From Cenarchaeum sp. (GTDB taxonomy: Archaea > Thermoproteota > Nitrososphaeria > Nitrososphaerales > Nitrosopumilaceae): 64,000 nucleotides of DNA. Under the pieces are notes generated by a model. That model was not told the origin of the DNA. It saw only the letters and a list, made by a program, of their open reading frames with translations, and searched no databases. This document shows, one piece after another, positions 1 through 10,644 of the stretch; within the stretch, counting starts at the first letter, position 1; every line of letters begins with the position of its first letter. A program made the translations under genes and the position numbers. The stretch lies in NCBI GenBank assembly GCA_963692915.1, contig OY843584.1, positions 1,580,827-1,644,826 on the forward strand. The letters are read 5' to 3'.

Positions 1-286
1 AGATCTGGGAATCGATATTTATGATTGTGATCCGAACGGCACACATTTGGAGGCGTTAAATCTTAGGACGAACGTGTCAGACGTGTTTATTAAAATGGTT
101 CTCGGGAGAAGCACACGGTGGCTTCAGGTGGCAACATTTGTCCTGCAAGATCGTGAAATGACCACTAGCGCTGAATTTGCGAGGGATGTGGTGCAGGGGA
201 CAATAGTATATGATCCTGGACTAGTCGATAGTGTCATTAAAAAAGTTCGTGCATATATGAGGAGTCTGGAGGGAACTGAACAATGA
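1..286 (+). CDS. YwgA-like protein, C-terminal part (5' end probably outside the window); paralog of 12327-13115
   Basis: GRSTRWLQVATFVL..AEFARDVVQG aligns with GRGSRWLQATTFAL..DEFAARVMHG of 12327-13115. Confidence 0.6.
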   Translation, partial: DLGIDIYDCDPNGTHLEALNLRTNVSDVFIKMVLGRSTRWLQVATFVLQDREMTTSAEFARDVVQGTIVYDPGLVDSVIKKVRAYMRSLEGTEQ

Positions 287-849
287 GTGCAAGCTCAGCA
301 GACGAACTTGAGCTCCAACATCAACATGTGGATTCATTTTTTGTAATTTGTCTATCGGGAGTCATTATCTTAGCTCTATTATTGAGCACACAGGGTGCAG
401 CGCTCCTCAGCTTTGTAATTGGTGTACCTCCGTTGGTGTTTATGATATATGTTGTTCTGTCATCAAAAAAGGCAAATAAGGCAAAAAAGGTTGAGGAAGC
501 GAACGAAATAAACGCAATTAAAAAGCACTTGGAACAATGCGAGAAAACCCTTCAAATCATGGACATTACATTAAAAAATACTCCTGCAGACTATCGCATG
601 TACATGGCATTGAATCACCTTGCCGACGTAATCATCCTGTTTACTTCACAATATAGACGGTACATTGATGAAAATGCAGCAAACGCCGCGCTAGATGCAG
701 AAATGATAATCATAACGGCTGAGATTACACGAGATCGCAGTCTTCAAAGCTATATTGCCCCAATTGGAGACTATGTCAGGGTCATAAAAGACGGCGTGCT
801 CACGGTGAACTCTTCGTCGCTAAGCGTCAGGCGGACAGTGTCAGTATAG
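283..849 (+). CDS. Membrane protein with two N-terminal TM helices
   Basis: 188-aa ORF with two hydrophobic segments; ATGA overlap with the upstream gene. Confidence 0.7.
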   Translation: MSASSADELELQHQHVDSFFVICLSGVIILALLLSTQGAALLSFVIGVPPLVFMIYVVLSSKKANKAKKVEEANEINAIKKHLEQCEKTLQIMDITLKNTPADYRMYMALNHLADVIILFTSQYRRYIDENAANAALDAEMIIITAEITRDRSLQSYIAPIGDYVRVIKDGVLTVNSSSLSVRRTVSV

Positions 850-890
850 GCAACCACAAGGCATTCTCAAACCCAACTTACAGATATAAT

Positions 891-2414
891 TCACGTGCGC
901 AAAGGCTGGCTGATTGCACGATCAAGCGATTCCTTGGCCTCTTTGTGAAGGCCAAGGTTGAGGAGTGCAGTACCGCGCCCAAAATGTGCCGCCTGTTGGT
1001 CAGAATCCAGCGAGAGGGCAAGCTCAAAGGCGCTGAGGGCCTCTTTGTGGCGTTTGAGGTTGAGGAGGGCGGTGCCACGGTTGCTGTGCATGTCGGCCCA
1101 ACCGGGGTCTAGCTTGACAACTCTGTCAAGGGAGACGAGGGCTTCCTCGTGTCGCCCGAGGTTGAGGAGGGCGGTGCCGCGGCTGCTGTGCATGTTAATG
1201 TTGTTGGGATCCAGCTTTACGGCAGCGTCAAATGACCTGATGGCGTCTTCATTGCTGCCGAGGTTGAGAAGGGCGTAAGCACGTCCAAAGTGGGCAGATG
1301 GCGTCTCGTGGGTAATTGATATTGCGCGATCAAAGGCATCGAGGGCTTCCTCGTGTCGCCCGAGGTTGAGGAGGGCGGTGCCGCGGCTGCTGTGCACATC
1401 AGCCATATCGAGATTCGCCGCGATGACCCTGTCGGGATTCGCCTCGATGATCTTGTTGAGGGCGTCGAGGGCATACTCATGGGAGCCGAGGTTGAGGAGA
1501 GCATGAGCACGTCCAAAGTGGGCCTGTAAGGCGTCGGGGTCGAGCAATATTGTGCGATCAAAGGCGTCAAGCGCATCGACGTTACGACCAAGCGCAAGCA
1601 GGGCATTGCCTCCAATGATAGACTTGTCGTCTGAATCCTGCTCTGATGCGGGGGTGGGGGTGGCCAGTGTTTCGGCGTTATGGCCAAGTGTGCGCAGGAC
1701 TTCATTTTTTCGGTTATGCATATCAATGTTGTCTGGATCAAGCTTGGTCGCCTGTTCAAAAGCACCAAGGGCCTCGCTGTGATGACCCATTGCATTCAGG
1801 ACTATGCCCACGTTGTTATGCGCAGAGGCGTTTTCAGGCTGCAGTTCGGCAACGTGTTTAAAATGGACAAGCGCCTCTTGATGACGACTCAGGGCAGACA
1901 GGGCATGACCCACATTACTGCGTGCTGTCGCATTGTCGGGCTGCCGCTTGGCAGCTTGCTTAAATGCTTCAAGCGCATCACTGTGTTTGCCAAGCACGTA
2001 CAAAAGACGTCCATAGTCGTTATGAGCAGTCGCATTTTCAGGATCTATGCTGACGGCCTGTCTAAATGCTTCAAGCGCCTCCTCGTTGCGCCTCAGAACG
2101 CGTAGCAGATAACCCATACTGCGGCATGTCTCGGCGTTTTTGAGGTCAAGTTTCCTGGCCTGTCTAAATGCTTCAAGCGCCTCCTCGTTGCGCCTCAGAA
2201 CGCGCAGCGCATTGCCCATACCGGCGTATGCGTCGGCGTTTTTGGGGTCAATCTCCACGGCTCGCTTGAACCTAACCAGGGCCTCTTTGTGGCGGCCGTT
2301 CTTTGACATTGCAAGGCCTTGCTCGTAGTGGGCTTTTGAGCTGCCATTGTTCGCGGCGACTGCGGCAATAAGTCCAACAAGAGCGGCGCCGACCAACAGT
2401 GCCCCAACAGCCAT
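891..2414 (-). CDS. TPR repeat protein with N-terminal membrane anchor/signal
   Basis: 34-aa repeats (G..L..LGRHEEAL.AF..A..LDP) with 102-bp DNA periodicity; hydrophobic N-terminus; TTTAAA about 25 bp upstream. Confidence 0.92.
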   Translation of the reverse strand: MAVGALLVGAALVGLIAAVAANNGSSKAHYEQGLAMSKNGRHKEALVRFKRAVEIDPKNADAYAGMGNALRVLRRNEEALEAFRQARKLDLKNAETCRSMGYLLRVLRRNEEALEAFRQAVSIDPENATAHNDYGRLLYVLGKHSDALEAFKQAAKRQPDNATARSNVGHALSALSRHQEALVHFKHVAELQPENASAHNNVGIVLNAMGHHSEALGAFEQATKLDPDNIDMHNRKNEVLRTLGHNAETLATPTPASEQDSDDKSIIGGNALLALGRNVDALDAFDRTILLDPDALQAHFGRAHALLNLGSHEYALDALNKIIEANPDRVIAANLDMADVHSSRGTALLNLGRHEEALDAFDRAISITHETPSAHFGRAYALLNLGSNEDAIRSFDAAVKLDPNNINMHSSRGTALLNLGRHEEALVSLDRVVKLDPGWADMHSNRGTALLNLKRHKEALSAFELALSLDSDQQAAHFGRGTALLNLGLHKEAKESLDRAISQPLRT

Positions 2415-2466
2415 AGGCCGTTAGTGCCATTAACTAGATTTAAACTTGTCGTAGTTTTTAGGCACG

Positions 2467-2496
2467 TGTTTTATACGGAAAGTGGGGACGTTGCCC
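2467..2496. mobile_element. Solo IS481-like terminal repeat remnant
   Basis: TGTTTTATACGGAAAGTGGGG matches the reverse complement of the right end of the IS at 41730-42821. Confidence 0.55.
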
Positions 2497-2519
2497 ACTC
2501 GTGCCTTCCTCTGTCCGCC

Positions 2520-2996
2520 TCACCCGCCCGGGTCAACCTTGCCCTCTAGGCCGCACCACTTGATAAACATCTCTAGCCCATCGGACTCTAGATTATCGAG
2601 CTCGACAATGTGCTCCCTTTTCAGCAAGAGAATGCCCTCGTCCATGGCCGGCCGCATGTCGCTGGCCTCTGCCATGGATATGTAGACGATGCGCACGTGA
2701 TTGGAGCGCAGCAGCCCCAGATCTTTGGATATCCTGCCGGCGAGGTCTCGCGCATCCCACGTCCTCAGGTCCTTGCGCTTGCGGCGCCTCGTGTCCTTTT
2801 GCGCGTTCTCGGTGACCTCGACGAGAAACGTGGCACCGCCACACGTGAGCACGATGTCGATCTCTGTCTCCTCGCTGTCGTCTGCCCTGGGCAGAATGTG
2901 GTTCACTGCCTCGACGTGGAGACCCATGCCCTCTAGGAGTATCCTAATGTCGTTCTCTAGCTCGTTTCTTGGGCTCATATGGCAGGCAGCCTCCAT
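2520..2996 (-). CDS. Small PD-(D/E)xK restriction-endonuclease-like protein
   Basis: N-terminal LE..I..LL...G..V helix followed by EIDIV..LVEVT motif. Confidence 0.6.
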   Translation of the reverse strand: MEAACHMSPRNELENDIRILLEGMGLHVEAVNHILPRADDSEETEIDIVLTCGGATFLVEVTENAQKDTRRRKRKDLRTWDARDLAGRISKDLGLLRSNHVRIVYISMAEASDMRPAMDEGILLLKREHIVELDNLESDGLEMFIKWCGLEGKVDPGG

Positions 2997-3401
2997 GATG
3001 ACATGTATGGGGTGTGGTTCATGCTGGGATCCATGTGATCAGCAGACCTATCTCTGGCGCCGTGCCTGTCGGAGATGCGCACAAGTACGTTCATCTGCAG
3101 GGCGTCGTGTGGGTTCCACATAAAAATAGTCCGCCGGTGGGTGGGCATGAGGTCAGCATCACTGACCGTTCATTCCTATTGTGACCATGGTGTGTCTGTT
3201 TTGACGTGTTTGTCACCTGCTGATATGACCATTTCGCGTGCTGCTTGCAATGGCAAAATCAATGCCTGACGCTCTTTAGCTAACACAGAGGATCGGGTAT
3301 CACGTGGATGATTCAAAGCGGGAACAGAGTCAAAATCAGCTTTTGGACAGAGCGGCTCTGGACTGCTAGTAATCATTGAATATTCTGGGGTTCACGGTTC
3401 C

Positions 3402-4052
3402 CTACCGTCCAAGCAAGACGATCCCCAAATCCCATAACTTGGACAGGGGTCGCTCACTACTAAATCTGGTTCTTATGCATTGCAGCGTTCCAAGAAACGC
3501 CCTTTTCTCTATGTCATTATCAATGACCTCAGGCGGCAATCCACGTGAGCGTTGCCAGAGGGTTAGATCTTCGCCCTTGGGAGTTGTGCTATCCACCGCA
3601 CGGGATCGGCTAGTTCTCTCCTTATTCACGCGGCAGGCTCGCAGATCTACAAACACCGGCGAGCCCTCCGCGATTCCCTCGTCAAGAATGGTCTCGACGC
3701 ACGCGCCAGGCTCATACACCTCGATCTCCCTTGACCCGTTCATGGTGTCAACTGACTCTAGTGCCATAAACGCGCCATTACTGACATCGCCCCAGTCCCT
3801 GCCGTCTCTGGTGTCACTTATACTGCTTACGCGCACAAGTTGCTCATCTTTTACGGTGACAATGTCGCCTTTGCAGATCTGCTGCTTGGCAGCCACTAGG
3901 CGTGGTTGCACGTAGATGCGATTGGCACGCTCGCAAACTTTGGCTCCAGGCACGTCATATTTGTTCGGTCTCTCATCCATTGGGGGGGACTGGTCTATGA
4001 GGGTGGGACACCATGGGAATGTTGAGGACATGGGTGCGGTGTACAAGGGCAT
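3402..4052 (-). CDS. Hypothetical protein resembling a viral capsid cement/decoration protein (DUF2190-like)
   Basis: Pattern A...I.KGDIV..GAFMALE..IEV..PG..V....I.EG.PV..FLG..GIV.LG; start uncertain. Confidence 0.45.
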   Translation of the reverse strand: MPLYTAPMSSTFPWCPTLIDQSPPMDERPNKYDVPGAKVCERANRIYVQPRLVAAKQQICKGDIVTVKDEQLVRVSSISDTRDGRDWGDVSNGAFMALESVDTMNGSREIEVYEPGACVETILDEGIAEGSPVFVDLRACRVNKERTSRSRAVDSTTPKGEDLTLWQRSRGLPPEVIDNDIEKRAFLGTLQCIRTRFSSERPLSKLWDLGIVLLGR

Positions 4053-4331
4053 AATATTTGTGCCTTGTGCCGGGCATGGCCTTGTGCGGACAGTGGACTG
4101 GGCAGGAGCTCTGGCACGTTGACAGGACGCCGACGATCCTAATCACCATGGAGGTAAAGTGCGAGTGGGGATCTCGAGGGCGTGGCATGTGGCTTGCTCG
4201 CCTGCCGATGTCGGATCAGTGTGCGCTTGGTAAAAATTTCTGCCTATCCTACTGTTTATCCAAGGCACATGGGTAGAATGCTCCATAACTCTTAAATTTG
4301 AAGCGTTGTCGCAAGTGTCGAAGAAGGCGGG

Positions 4332-5270
4332 ATGAAAAAGAAGTCAACTTCAAACGACCAGCGAGGCGGCGCAGCAACCTTGAACAGCGTGTTTCAGGCA
4401 TCTGCGGAAAACCTCTCCACCGATCTGGATCTGTCCGCCTCAAAGTACAGGTCAGCTATTGCAAATTGCTCCGATTTGATGAACCAGAACAACCCGGCAC
4501 GCGTGTACTCTGAGGAAACTCGATCCAACATGGCGAGCCAGAAACGTAAGACACGCCAGAAATCTGGATTAGGCCAAACAACCACCGCCCGTCCCAAGTC
4601 CGGGGTACGCCGTAAAGGCAGCAGAACTTCTACACCGTCACTCAAGACGGCTAGGAATGCCACTGAGAGCCCGAGAGAGAGTAGCGTGCACAGGCATGTG
4701 TTACCATCTGAGGGTGGCCTCGATGGCGGGCACGGCATTAGTGATTATGATGATGACGAGTTGTCAATTAAGCCCGCCGTAGAAACTGACACTTTTACCG
4801 ACGTGCAAGATGTGAACAAAGAATTTGTTGTCGAAAAAAACCACGTGAGCGAAAGCTCACAATTATTTCCATCAACCATGGTCGGCATAAAGTCGGCAAT
4901 ATGTGAGAATGGCCATGTTCTTGACAGTGCTGTCCGTGTAGAAAAAAAATATGATGATTTCTGTAACCAATGTGGTGCTAGTGTCTTTACAGAGTGCAAA
5001 GAATGTGGTTCGCCAATTAACGAAGAACGCATTAACTATATCACGTATGCTGCACTCATTCCGACTCACAAGACACCGCCTTACCATTGCTCCAAATGTG
5101 GCAAGTCTTTTCCATGGGACGGTGATATGCGTCGCGTTACGAAAAACACGTCAGTTATTCAGTTTGTCAAAAAACACCCCACGCGAGTTTTTGTTGGTGT
5201 GGCTGCGGCTGCTGGATTCATAGTTAGCCTTCTGGCTAACGCTGCCCAGCTGCTTACTTTTTTCTCCTGA
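4332..5270 (+). CDS. Mosaic protein: N-terminal NPNN-type peptide, DUF2321-like Zn-ribbon, C-terminal TM anchor
   Basis: ICENGH..FCNQCGA..CKECGSPI..PPYHCSKCGKSFPW; hydrophobic tail; TTAAAT box upstream. Confidence 0.75.
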   Translation: MKKKSTSNDQRGGAATLNSVFQASAENLSTDLDLSASKYRSAIANCSDLMNQNNPARVYSEETRSNMASQKRKTRQKSGLGQTTTARPKSGVRRKGSRTSTPSLKTARNATESPRESSVHRHVLPSEGGLDGGHGISDYDDDELSIKPAVETDTFTDVQDVNKEFVVEKNHVSESSQLFPSTMVGIKSAICENGHVLDSAVRVEKKYDDFCNQCGASVFTECKECGSPINEERINYITYAALIPTHKTPPYHCSKCGKSFPWDGDMRRVTKNTSVIQFVKKHPTRVFVGVAAAAGFIVSLLANAAQLLTFFS

Positions 5271-5357
5271 TCGTCGATTGTGGACATGGTTTATATCGGC
5301 TTTGTAATCCAATTTTATCGTGTGATCAAGCCAATAACACACTAATTTCTCTAGGTG

Positions 5358-5398
5358 TACAATGGTGTTGACATACAATGGTGTTGACATACAATGGT
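5358..5398. repeat. 16-bp tandem repeat (TACAATGGTGTTGACA), about 2.5 copies
   Basis: Read directly from the sequence. Confidence 0.85.
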
Positions 5399-5566
5399 CA
5401 CATGACTTTTCTCTAAATTTGGTGTCCTAAACCACAAGGTCTTCTGATCATGGAACTAGACAGAATTTTGCGTCACGTGATGATCCGAAACACCTGCTTG
5501 TGCTTATTCGTGGACGGCACCTCTGGGCTAATTACATAAATATCAGTCATCTTGAGGCAGATATTC

Positions 5567-5818
5567 ATGACAGGCGTGGCGGATCCAACATGTCCATTTT
5601 GTAATGTGCTTTTGGCCAACAACCCTATCAACATGACATCTCGATGTCCTGATTGTCTGCGGTATTACACGTATGAGACTGTCGGCATTGATAGCCGTTT
5701 TGGCGGTCGGTTCGTAAACAAAATACGACAAATTACATTTTCCCAAATATTGCATGGTGCTGCAGCCGGATTTGGTATTATCGTGGGAGCGTTGGCATTA
5801 TATGCTGTTTTTGGTTAA
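5567..5818 (+). CDS. Small Zn-ribbon protein with C-terminal TM helix
   Basis: CPFC..CPDC motif and hydrophobic tail. Confidence 0.6.
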   Translation: MTGVADPTCPFCNVLLANNPINMTSRCPDCLRYYTYETVGIDSRFGGRFVNKIRQITFSQILHGAAAGFGIIVGALALYAVFG

Positions 5819-5978
5819 TCAGTCCATCATTATGTGCTTATTCTCATTAGTTCAATAATTGTGCAGATATCTAATGTCTTTTCATGCAGATGTGCCAGGA
5901 TTGTTATATTTAATTTGCAATTCAGTCCCGATGACACTATTCATGGTCGTCTCACCTATAACAAGTCTGCTGCACATT

Positions 5979-7205
5979 TTATTCATCCCAATACTGGTCC
6001 ACCATTTCTTGGAGCTTTTTTGCTAGCGTTGTTTCTGGAACAATCTCTCCTTGACGTATTGATATGGTTTCGGGACGGCCCCTGAGTCGAATAATCACAA
6101 CTTCTGAATGTTCGGGCATATTTTTGCGAACATATTCTCGGAACCTTTCAGTACGTGTCTCCACGTCATTCAAATAGTCAAACCCAACTGCGAGCACATA
6201 CACTGTTGGAGTATTTGTCTCTCTTAATGCTTCAATTTGACTTTTCTTTTCAAACAACTTTTCCCACTCTTTTCTAAAGTCTATGCGCTCGAATGATTGT
6301 GGGCATGCTGCAACAATTGTATCATGCGCATAGACTTCAGCCATATACTTGGTACTCTCAAACTCAAATCCCAGATCAGCTACTTTTTTTGTTGGGTTGA
6401 TTTTTGGCTCTATCTCTACCTTTTGAAAATATTCTGGAGCTATTGCGAGTATCTTCATCTCTGCTATCGCCGTCATAAAATTGTCGTGTAGTTTCTGGGC
6501 ATAGTCGCATCTTTGTTTATCATTACAGAATTCCCACGTCTTCTTGCAAACAGAGTCTATATACTGCATATGTTTCTTGTATGGGTCGTTGTTTTTAAAA
6601 TGCTCGCTTAGCACTTGAACAAACGAATTTGTGTTTTCTTTGTCGAGGCCTTCTTTCACAATTAACAATCTGTACATATTTGGATAGCGATCTTTTACCC
6701 ATTCCCAAAATTTTGGATTGTTTGTCATAATCTGTCTATGCAGCACAATGCGGGAAATATGTCCAACTAGGGAGTTGTATTTATTTGGTGTGTGTATAAT
6801 GCCCATCTCGAGTGATTTTGCACTTGCCACCCTGTCAGTTATTCTAGTGATCTGCTCTTCGTTGGGTTCTATGGCGCTCTTGAACTCGTTGTTGTGAGTA
6901 TGTTGCTTCTTTAGCACTCTGAGATACATCAAGAGCGTCATCTCTACTAGGTCTGTCTGCTCCATTATCTCATCATCCTGTCCTTCCAGCCAGTCAAACA
7001 GCTCGACATGTTTTCCCTCGTTCAACAGCTCTACTGCCTTGTTGGCAAGCTTTTGCACTCGCCCCTCCTCTTTGAGGCCTTTTGTTTGTTCATAGCGAGA
7101 AACTGCCCACGTGTAATAATCATATTTCACCACTGCTATGGGATATCTGCTTCCTGGCATTGTGCTCATGCTGCACCCAAAGTTAGGGCGTTCTATATAA
7201 CTCAT
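5979..7205 (-). CDS. PD-(D/E)xK-like nuclease-fold protein (divergent relative of 15159-16493)
   Basis: AEMKI..VEIEP..KKVADL..YMAEVY..K.SQI motif shared with the paralogs. Confidence 0.7.
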   Translation of the reverse strand: MSYIERPNFGCSMSTMPGSRYPIAVVKYDYYTWAVSRYEQTKGLKEEGRVQKLANKAVELLNEGKHVELFDWLEGQDDEIMEQTDLVEMTLLMYLRVLKKQHTHNNEFKSAIEPNEEQITRITDRVASAKSLEMGIIHTPNKYNSLVGHISRIVLHRQIMTNNPKFWEWVKDRYPNMYRLLIVKEGLDKENTNSFVQVLSEHFKNNDPYKKHMQYIDSVCKKTWEFCNDKQRCDYAQKLHDNFMTAIAEMKILAIAPEYFQKVEIEPKINPTKKVADLGFEFESTKYMAEVYAHDTIVAACPQSFERIDFRKEWEKLFEKKSQIEALRETNTPTVYVLAVGFDYLNDVETRTERFREYVRKNMPEHSEVVIIRLRGRPETISIRQGEIVPETTLAKKLQEMVDQYWDE

Positions 7206-7219
7206 TCTTGTTTTTGATG

Positions 7220-7332
7220 GTATGAGGTCAGCACCTCTGCCTGCTCATGCCTAGACAGGCGCTGAAGTGGCAAGTAGATCGACAGGATCACGCCTATTTG
7301 GCCAAATGAGCAGAAGGGTGCTGACCTCATAC
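7220..7332. mobile_element. MITE, 113 bp, 16-bp perfect TIR, 8-bp TSD
   Basis: GTATGAGGTCAGCACC...GGTGCTGACCTCATAC flanked by TTTTGATG at 7212-7219 and 7333-7340. Confidence 0.9.
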
Positions 7333-7488
7333 TTTTGATGAATGAGTGTGTGTTTTACCGGGAGTCGATAAGAGTGGTTTTCGGATGTGCACGTACCCGC
7401 AGTTCTGCGGAATCTGGAATATGTGCCCTAGGGGTTCGGATGCGCGTGCCTAGCCGTTTATCCAATAGTCCCACACCATGACATCTCC

Positions 7489-7950
7489 TCAGGACGACGT
7501 GAGCGCATGGTACCTGCGGTGTGTGCCAATCCGGGCGACAATTCGCCATAGCGCTGCCAGGACGCGTCTGTTTGCAAACCTGCCAAGCCTGTGCGCAAGC
7601 CTTGCCATTGTCGGCACACTCCTGTAGAGGCTGGCATCCAGCGAGACGGCACGGCCAAAGGAGCCGAGCGCCTCGCGATACCGGCCAAGGGCGAGCAGGT
7701 CATACCCCATGCAAAGGCGCGTGAGCGCATCGTGGGGGCGCAGGCAGATGGCATGTTCAAGACACGGCAGCGCCTCGGCGTATCGCCCCTGCAGATACAG
7801 GAGAATGCCCATGTCCCTTGGGTCTGCGGGGGTGTGCTGTCTTTGTGGTGTGGGCGTGGGCTGTTTTGATGCCTGGGTGATGAGCGCAATGACGGCGATA
7901 ATTCCGACTCCCTTGAAAAAGTCGCCCAATGCGTCATCTAGCTGACCCAT
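7489..7950 (-). CDS. Small membrane-anchored TPR protein (paralog of 18107-18574)
   Basis: MGQLDDALGDFFKGVGIIAVIAL followed by about 2 TPRs; TTAAAT box upstream of ATG 7950. Confidence 0.75.
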   Translation of the reverse strand: MGQLDDALGDFFKGVGIIAVIALITQASKQPTPTPQRQHTPADPRDMGILLYLQGRYAEALPCLEHAICLRPHDALTRLCMGYDLLALGRYREALGSFGRAVSLDASLYRSVPTMARLAHRLGRFANRRVLAALWRIVARIGTHRRYHALTSS

Positions 7951-8037
7951 GGGTCTCCTTGGGGGTCTTTGCCCATTTAAGCATTGGTTTGGATCCTGGC
8001 CTTTGGGGTTCTCAGAGGCCACATCTGAGATTTTGGC

Positions 8038-9507
8038 TTATGTGCACAAAAATCGTGCACTGACCCATGGGCGCTTTGTGTATATTTTGCTAAAAATCTC
8101 CTCCATGGCAAAATCTTTAAAACAATAATTTAGCACATCGCTTTGGGACACGTGTATTCCGAGCGACTCTAGCGTGTTCTGCATGTTGGGATTAGGATCA
8201 ATCACGCACAGTTTATTGTTGTCCGCGGCAATCTTGATACAATCTAGCAGTTGGTTATTGGCCACATCGCTAAAACTATAGCCTGCAACGATAACAAGAT
8301 CTGCACTTGTAATGTCACGTTGAAACTGCAGGAATATATCTTTGTGTGCGGGATTTTTTTTAATGCCATAATAAATAAGAAGTTTATGATCCAGCGTGGC
8401 AATGGGATGTTTTAGAAATTTTGAACGTAATGTTTTACGAACATTCCTAGATGAACTGCGCCAACTCTGAACAAAATCTTTGATTTCTTTGAGCTTCTTG
8501 GAATCGATAAAAGTTTCTCCCTTTTTTAACGACCAGTTGACGCTGCCATGGAGTTTAAGCAGGAGAAATTGTTCATTGTTTGTGTGTCCATGGTCAAATC
8601 CACAATAACATCCATTAATAAATCCATCATAATATGTACAGTTATGCATTTGTGCAAATGATTCGATAACAAGATCATAGTTTGTTGTTGCAATGGTCAA
8701 TGATATATTTTTCCTATCCAAATGCCAGAAAAAATTTTCGTAATTCAATAGTGGCGGTATGCCATGCTCAGACCATGAACGGGGATTGAATACTAGACAA
8801 CGAGAATAGACAAATCTCTCAATCAGCTGACGCACTGCGCCAATTGTTAAATATAAACAGCACATATCTGCAGAATGCTCAAGAAAGCAACTTTTGGCAT
8901 GCATCACTCTAGCATCTTGCGGATGGTGCGTTGAGTGCCGTGTGATCATTCGGCTCGTAAAAGCTTGCATGTCTTTTTTTCTAGACGCAGGAGTGACACT
9001 GTTCAATATTTTATGGATGTTATCTATGCAGGCACTGTAAGATCGGGTGATAGACTTGCACAACTCTGTCCGGTCAGGGTCTTTCAGCTTGGCACTAGAG
9101 TCTTTTATGCAGAGCCCGTGCTGATGTTCCCTGACCACGTCCTGCAGTTTATCTAGTGTCATAAAGAGATCTTCGATTGTCTGATTGCCATGATCAAAAC
9201 ACAGTATGCCCAATAGATTGTTGATGGTTATAATATGTTCGTGATCATGCTCACATAATTTTACACCATGAGAAAATTCCTTAATTTGCGTGTCATCGAG
9301 GCACATTTCTTGGAGCTTATCGACAAATCCACTGCTTGTTGGAACTAGAGGCGAGGAAACGCCGGCTCCGACAAACAACACTACTCGTTTTTTTGCTGGC
9401 GCGGGGGCTTTGACACCATTCTGACCCGTTCCGGACTCTCTGCACGCCTCGCTGTTTGGGTCTACTGTGTCGCCTCGCTCGTCGTTTGGAGTTGGCCTCT
9501 TTTTCAT
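8038..9507 (-). CDS. SIR2-like (SIR2_2) NADase-type defence protein
   Basis: VLFVGAGVS, TTNYD, LLKLHGSVNW and VAGYSFSD motifs. Confidence 0.88.
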   Translation of the reverse strand: MKKRPTPNDERGDTVDPNSEACRESGTGQNGVKAPAPAKKRVVLFVGAGVSSPLVPTSSGFVDKLQEMCLDDTQIKEFSHGVKLCEHDHEHIITINNLLGILCFDHGNQTIEDLFMTLDKLQDVVREHQHGLCIKDSSAKLKDPDRTELCKSITRSYSACIDNIHKILNSVTPASRKKDMQAFTSRMITRHSTHHPQDARVMHAKSCFLEHSADMCCLYLTIGAVRQLIERFVYSRCLVFNPRSWSEHGIPPLLNYENFFWHLDRKNISLTIATTNYDLVIESFAQMHNCTYYDGFINGCYCGFDHGHTNNEQFLLLKLHGSVNWSLKKGETFIDSKKLKEIKDFVQSWRSSSRNVRKTLRSKFLKHPIATLDHKLLIYYGIKKNPAHKDIFLQFQRDITSADLVIVAGYSFSDVANNQLLDCIKIAADNNKLCVIDPNPNMQNTLESLGIHVSQSDVLNYCFKDFAMEEIFSKIYTKRPWVSARFLCT

Positions 9508-9573
9508 ACCGTCATCTCCATCGACACTTGCAATAATGCCTCGAACTTAAAAGTTATGAAACATTCCGCCGCC

Positions 9574-9908
9574 TGTTTTATACGGAAAGGGGCACTACCC
9601 GTTCGTGTCTTTCCCCGTCCACCACGGGTTCCCGGCCCTGACCCTCCCGTCGGCCCTCCGCCTCCTGAAGGCCAGCAGGGGCGTCTCTCCGGTCTCCACA
9701 TCGAGGGCAAAGTGGAGCCTCTCCTCGCTGTGGAGCCCGATGAACTCGGCGACCCCGCCAAAGTGGCCGATCTCCGCCTCGAGCGTCTGGAAGAGCCTCC
9801 CGGCCTTGCCGTTGGTCTGGAGGGTGCCGGACCCGCCGGCCTTCCGGGGGCTCGGGATCTGCGCCCGGCAAGCCGTCTTGCCCCCGCTCCTACTTTTCGT
9901 ACAAGGCA
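9574..9908 (-). mobile_element. Internally deleted IS481-family derivative (non-autonomous)
   Basis: Both ends match the TIRs of 41730-42821; retains only the transposase C-terminus (QTNGK..LFQTLEAEIG..ERLHFALD). Confidence 0.88.
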
Positions 9909-9993
9909 CCGGCGGGGGTCGCATCAATCTCAGAGTTGATGCCCCGCCTCATTCTCACTAAACATTTAACCCCCCCGCACCCCAATCCCCGCC

Positions 9994-10644
9994 ATGCAGT
10001 GGTTTGGGGTCATTTTCCTCCTAATTCTGTTTGTGGGCCTGGTCGGGCTCGTGGCACTGCCCGCCATGCCAAACAGCGCCATCACCACCACCGTCTATAC
10101 CATTCTAGGAATACACACAAACCCCGCACCGGTTACGTCACCACCGCCGGCACTAACGGCACCAGATCCCACACCGTCACCACAGACACCGGCACCGTCG
10201 CCCCCCACACCCTCAATGGCACCCGATCCAACACCGGCACCACCGGCACCGTCGCCCACCACACCACCGGCACCCGTCCTAGATACAAAACCACTGCCTC
10301 CACAACAGTTTACCATACACCCAAAGTTTAAGCCGTTTGCAGAGCTTGAGCCAAAACACTACATTGATCGCTATAACAACGAGCCGTCTTACAAACAGTG
10401 GTTTGATCAAAACTTCCCCAACATCACAATACAACAAGCTCTAGGATACGAGTCATACACACCAACACCGGCACCCGCCACACCACCAACACCGGCACCA
10501 CCTACACCCGAGCCCACACCAGCACAAACAGACAATAGCGCAATATGTGATCAGCTAGTGGCGCAGTTGTTTAACATCAACATAACACAAGATGAGATTA
10601 AACAATTAGAGATAGACCTAACAGCAAACAACTGCGGGAGCTAG
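9994..10644 (+). CDS. Pro/Thr-rich membrane-anchored surface protein with thaumarchaeal YIDRYNNEP domain
   Basis: N-terminal TM, PAP/PTP linkers, HYIDRYNNEPSYKQWFDQNFP motif recalled from Nitrosopumilaceae surface proteins. Confidence 0.8.
   Translation: MQWFGVIFLLILFVGLVGLVALPAMPNSAITTTVYTILGIHTNPAPVTSPPPALTAPDPTPSPQTPAPSPPTPSMAPDPTPAPPAPSPTTPPAPVLDTKPLPPQQFTIHPKFKPFAELEPKHYIDRYNNEPSYKQWFDQNFPNITIQQALGYESYTPTPAPATPPTPAPPTPEPTPAQTDNSAICDQLVAQLFNINITQDEIKQLEIDLTANNCGS

Noticed and set aside
891-2414. Regularly spaced DNA repeats as a CRISPR array
   Set aside because: The 102-bp period lies within TPR coding sequence; there are no unique spacers or cas genes
5358-5398. 16-bp tandem repeat as iteron or mini-CRISPR
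   Set aside because: Only about 2.5 adjacent copies, with no spacer and no rep gene
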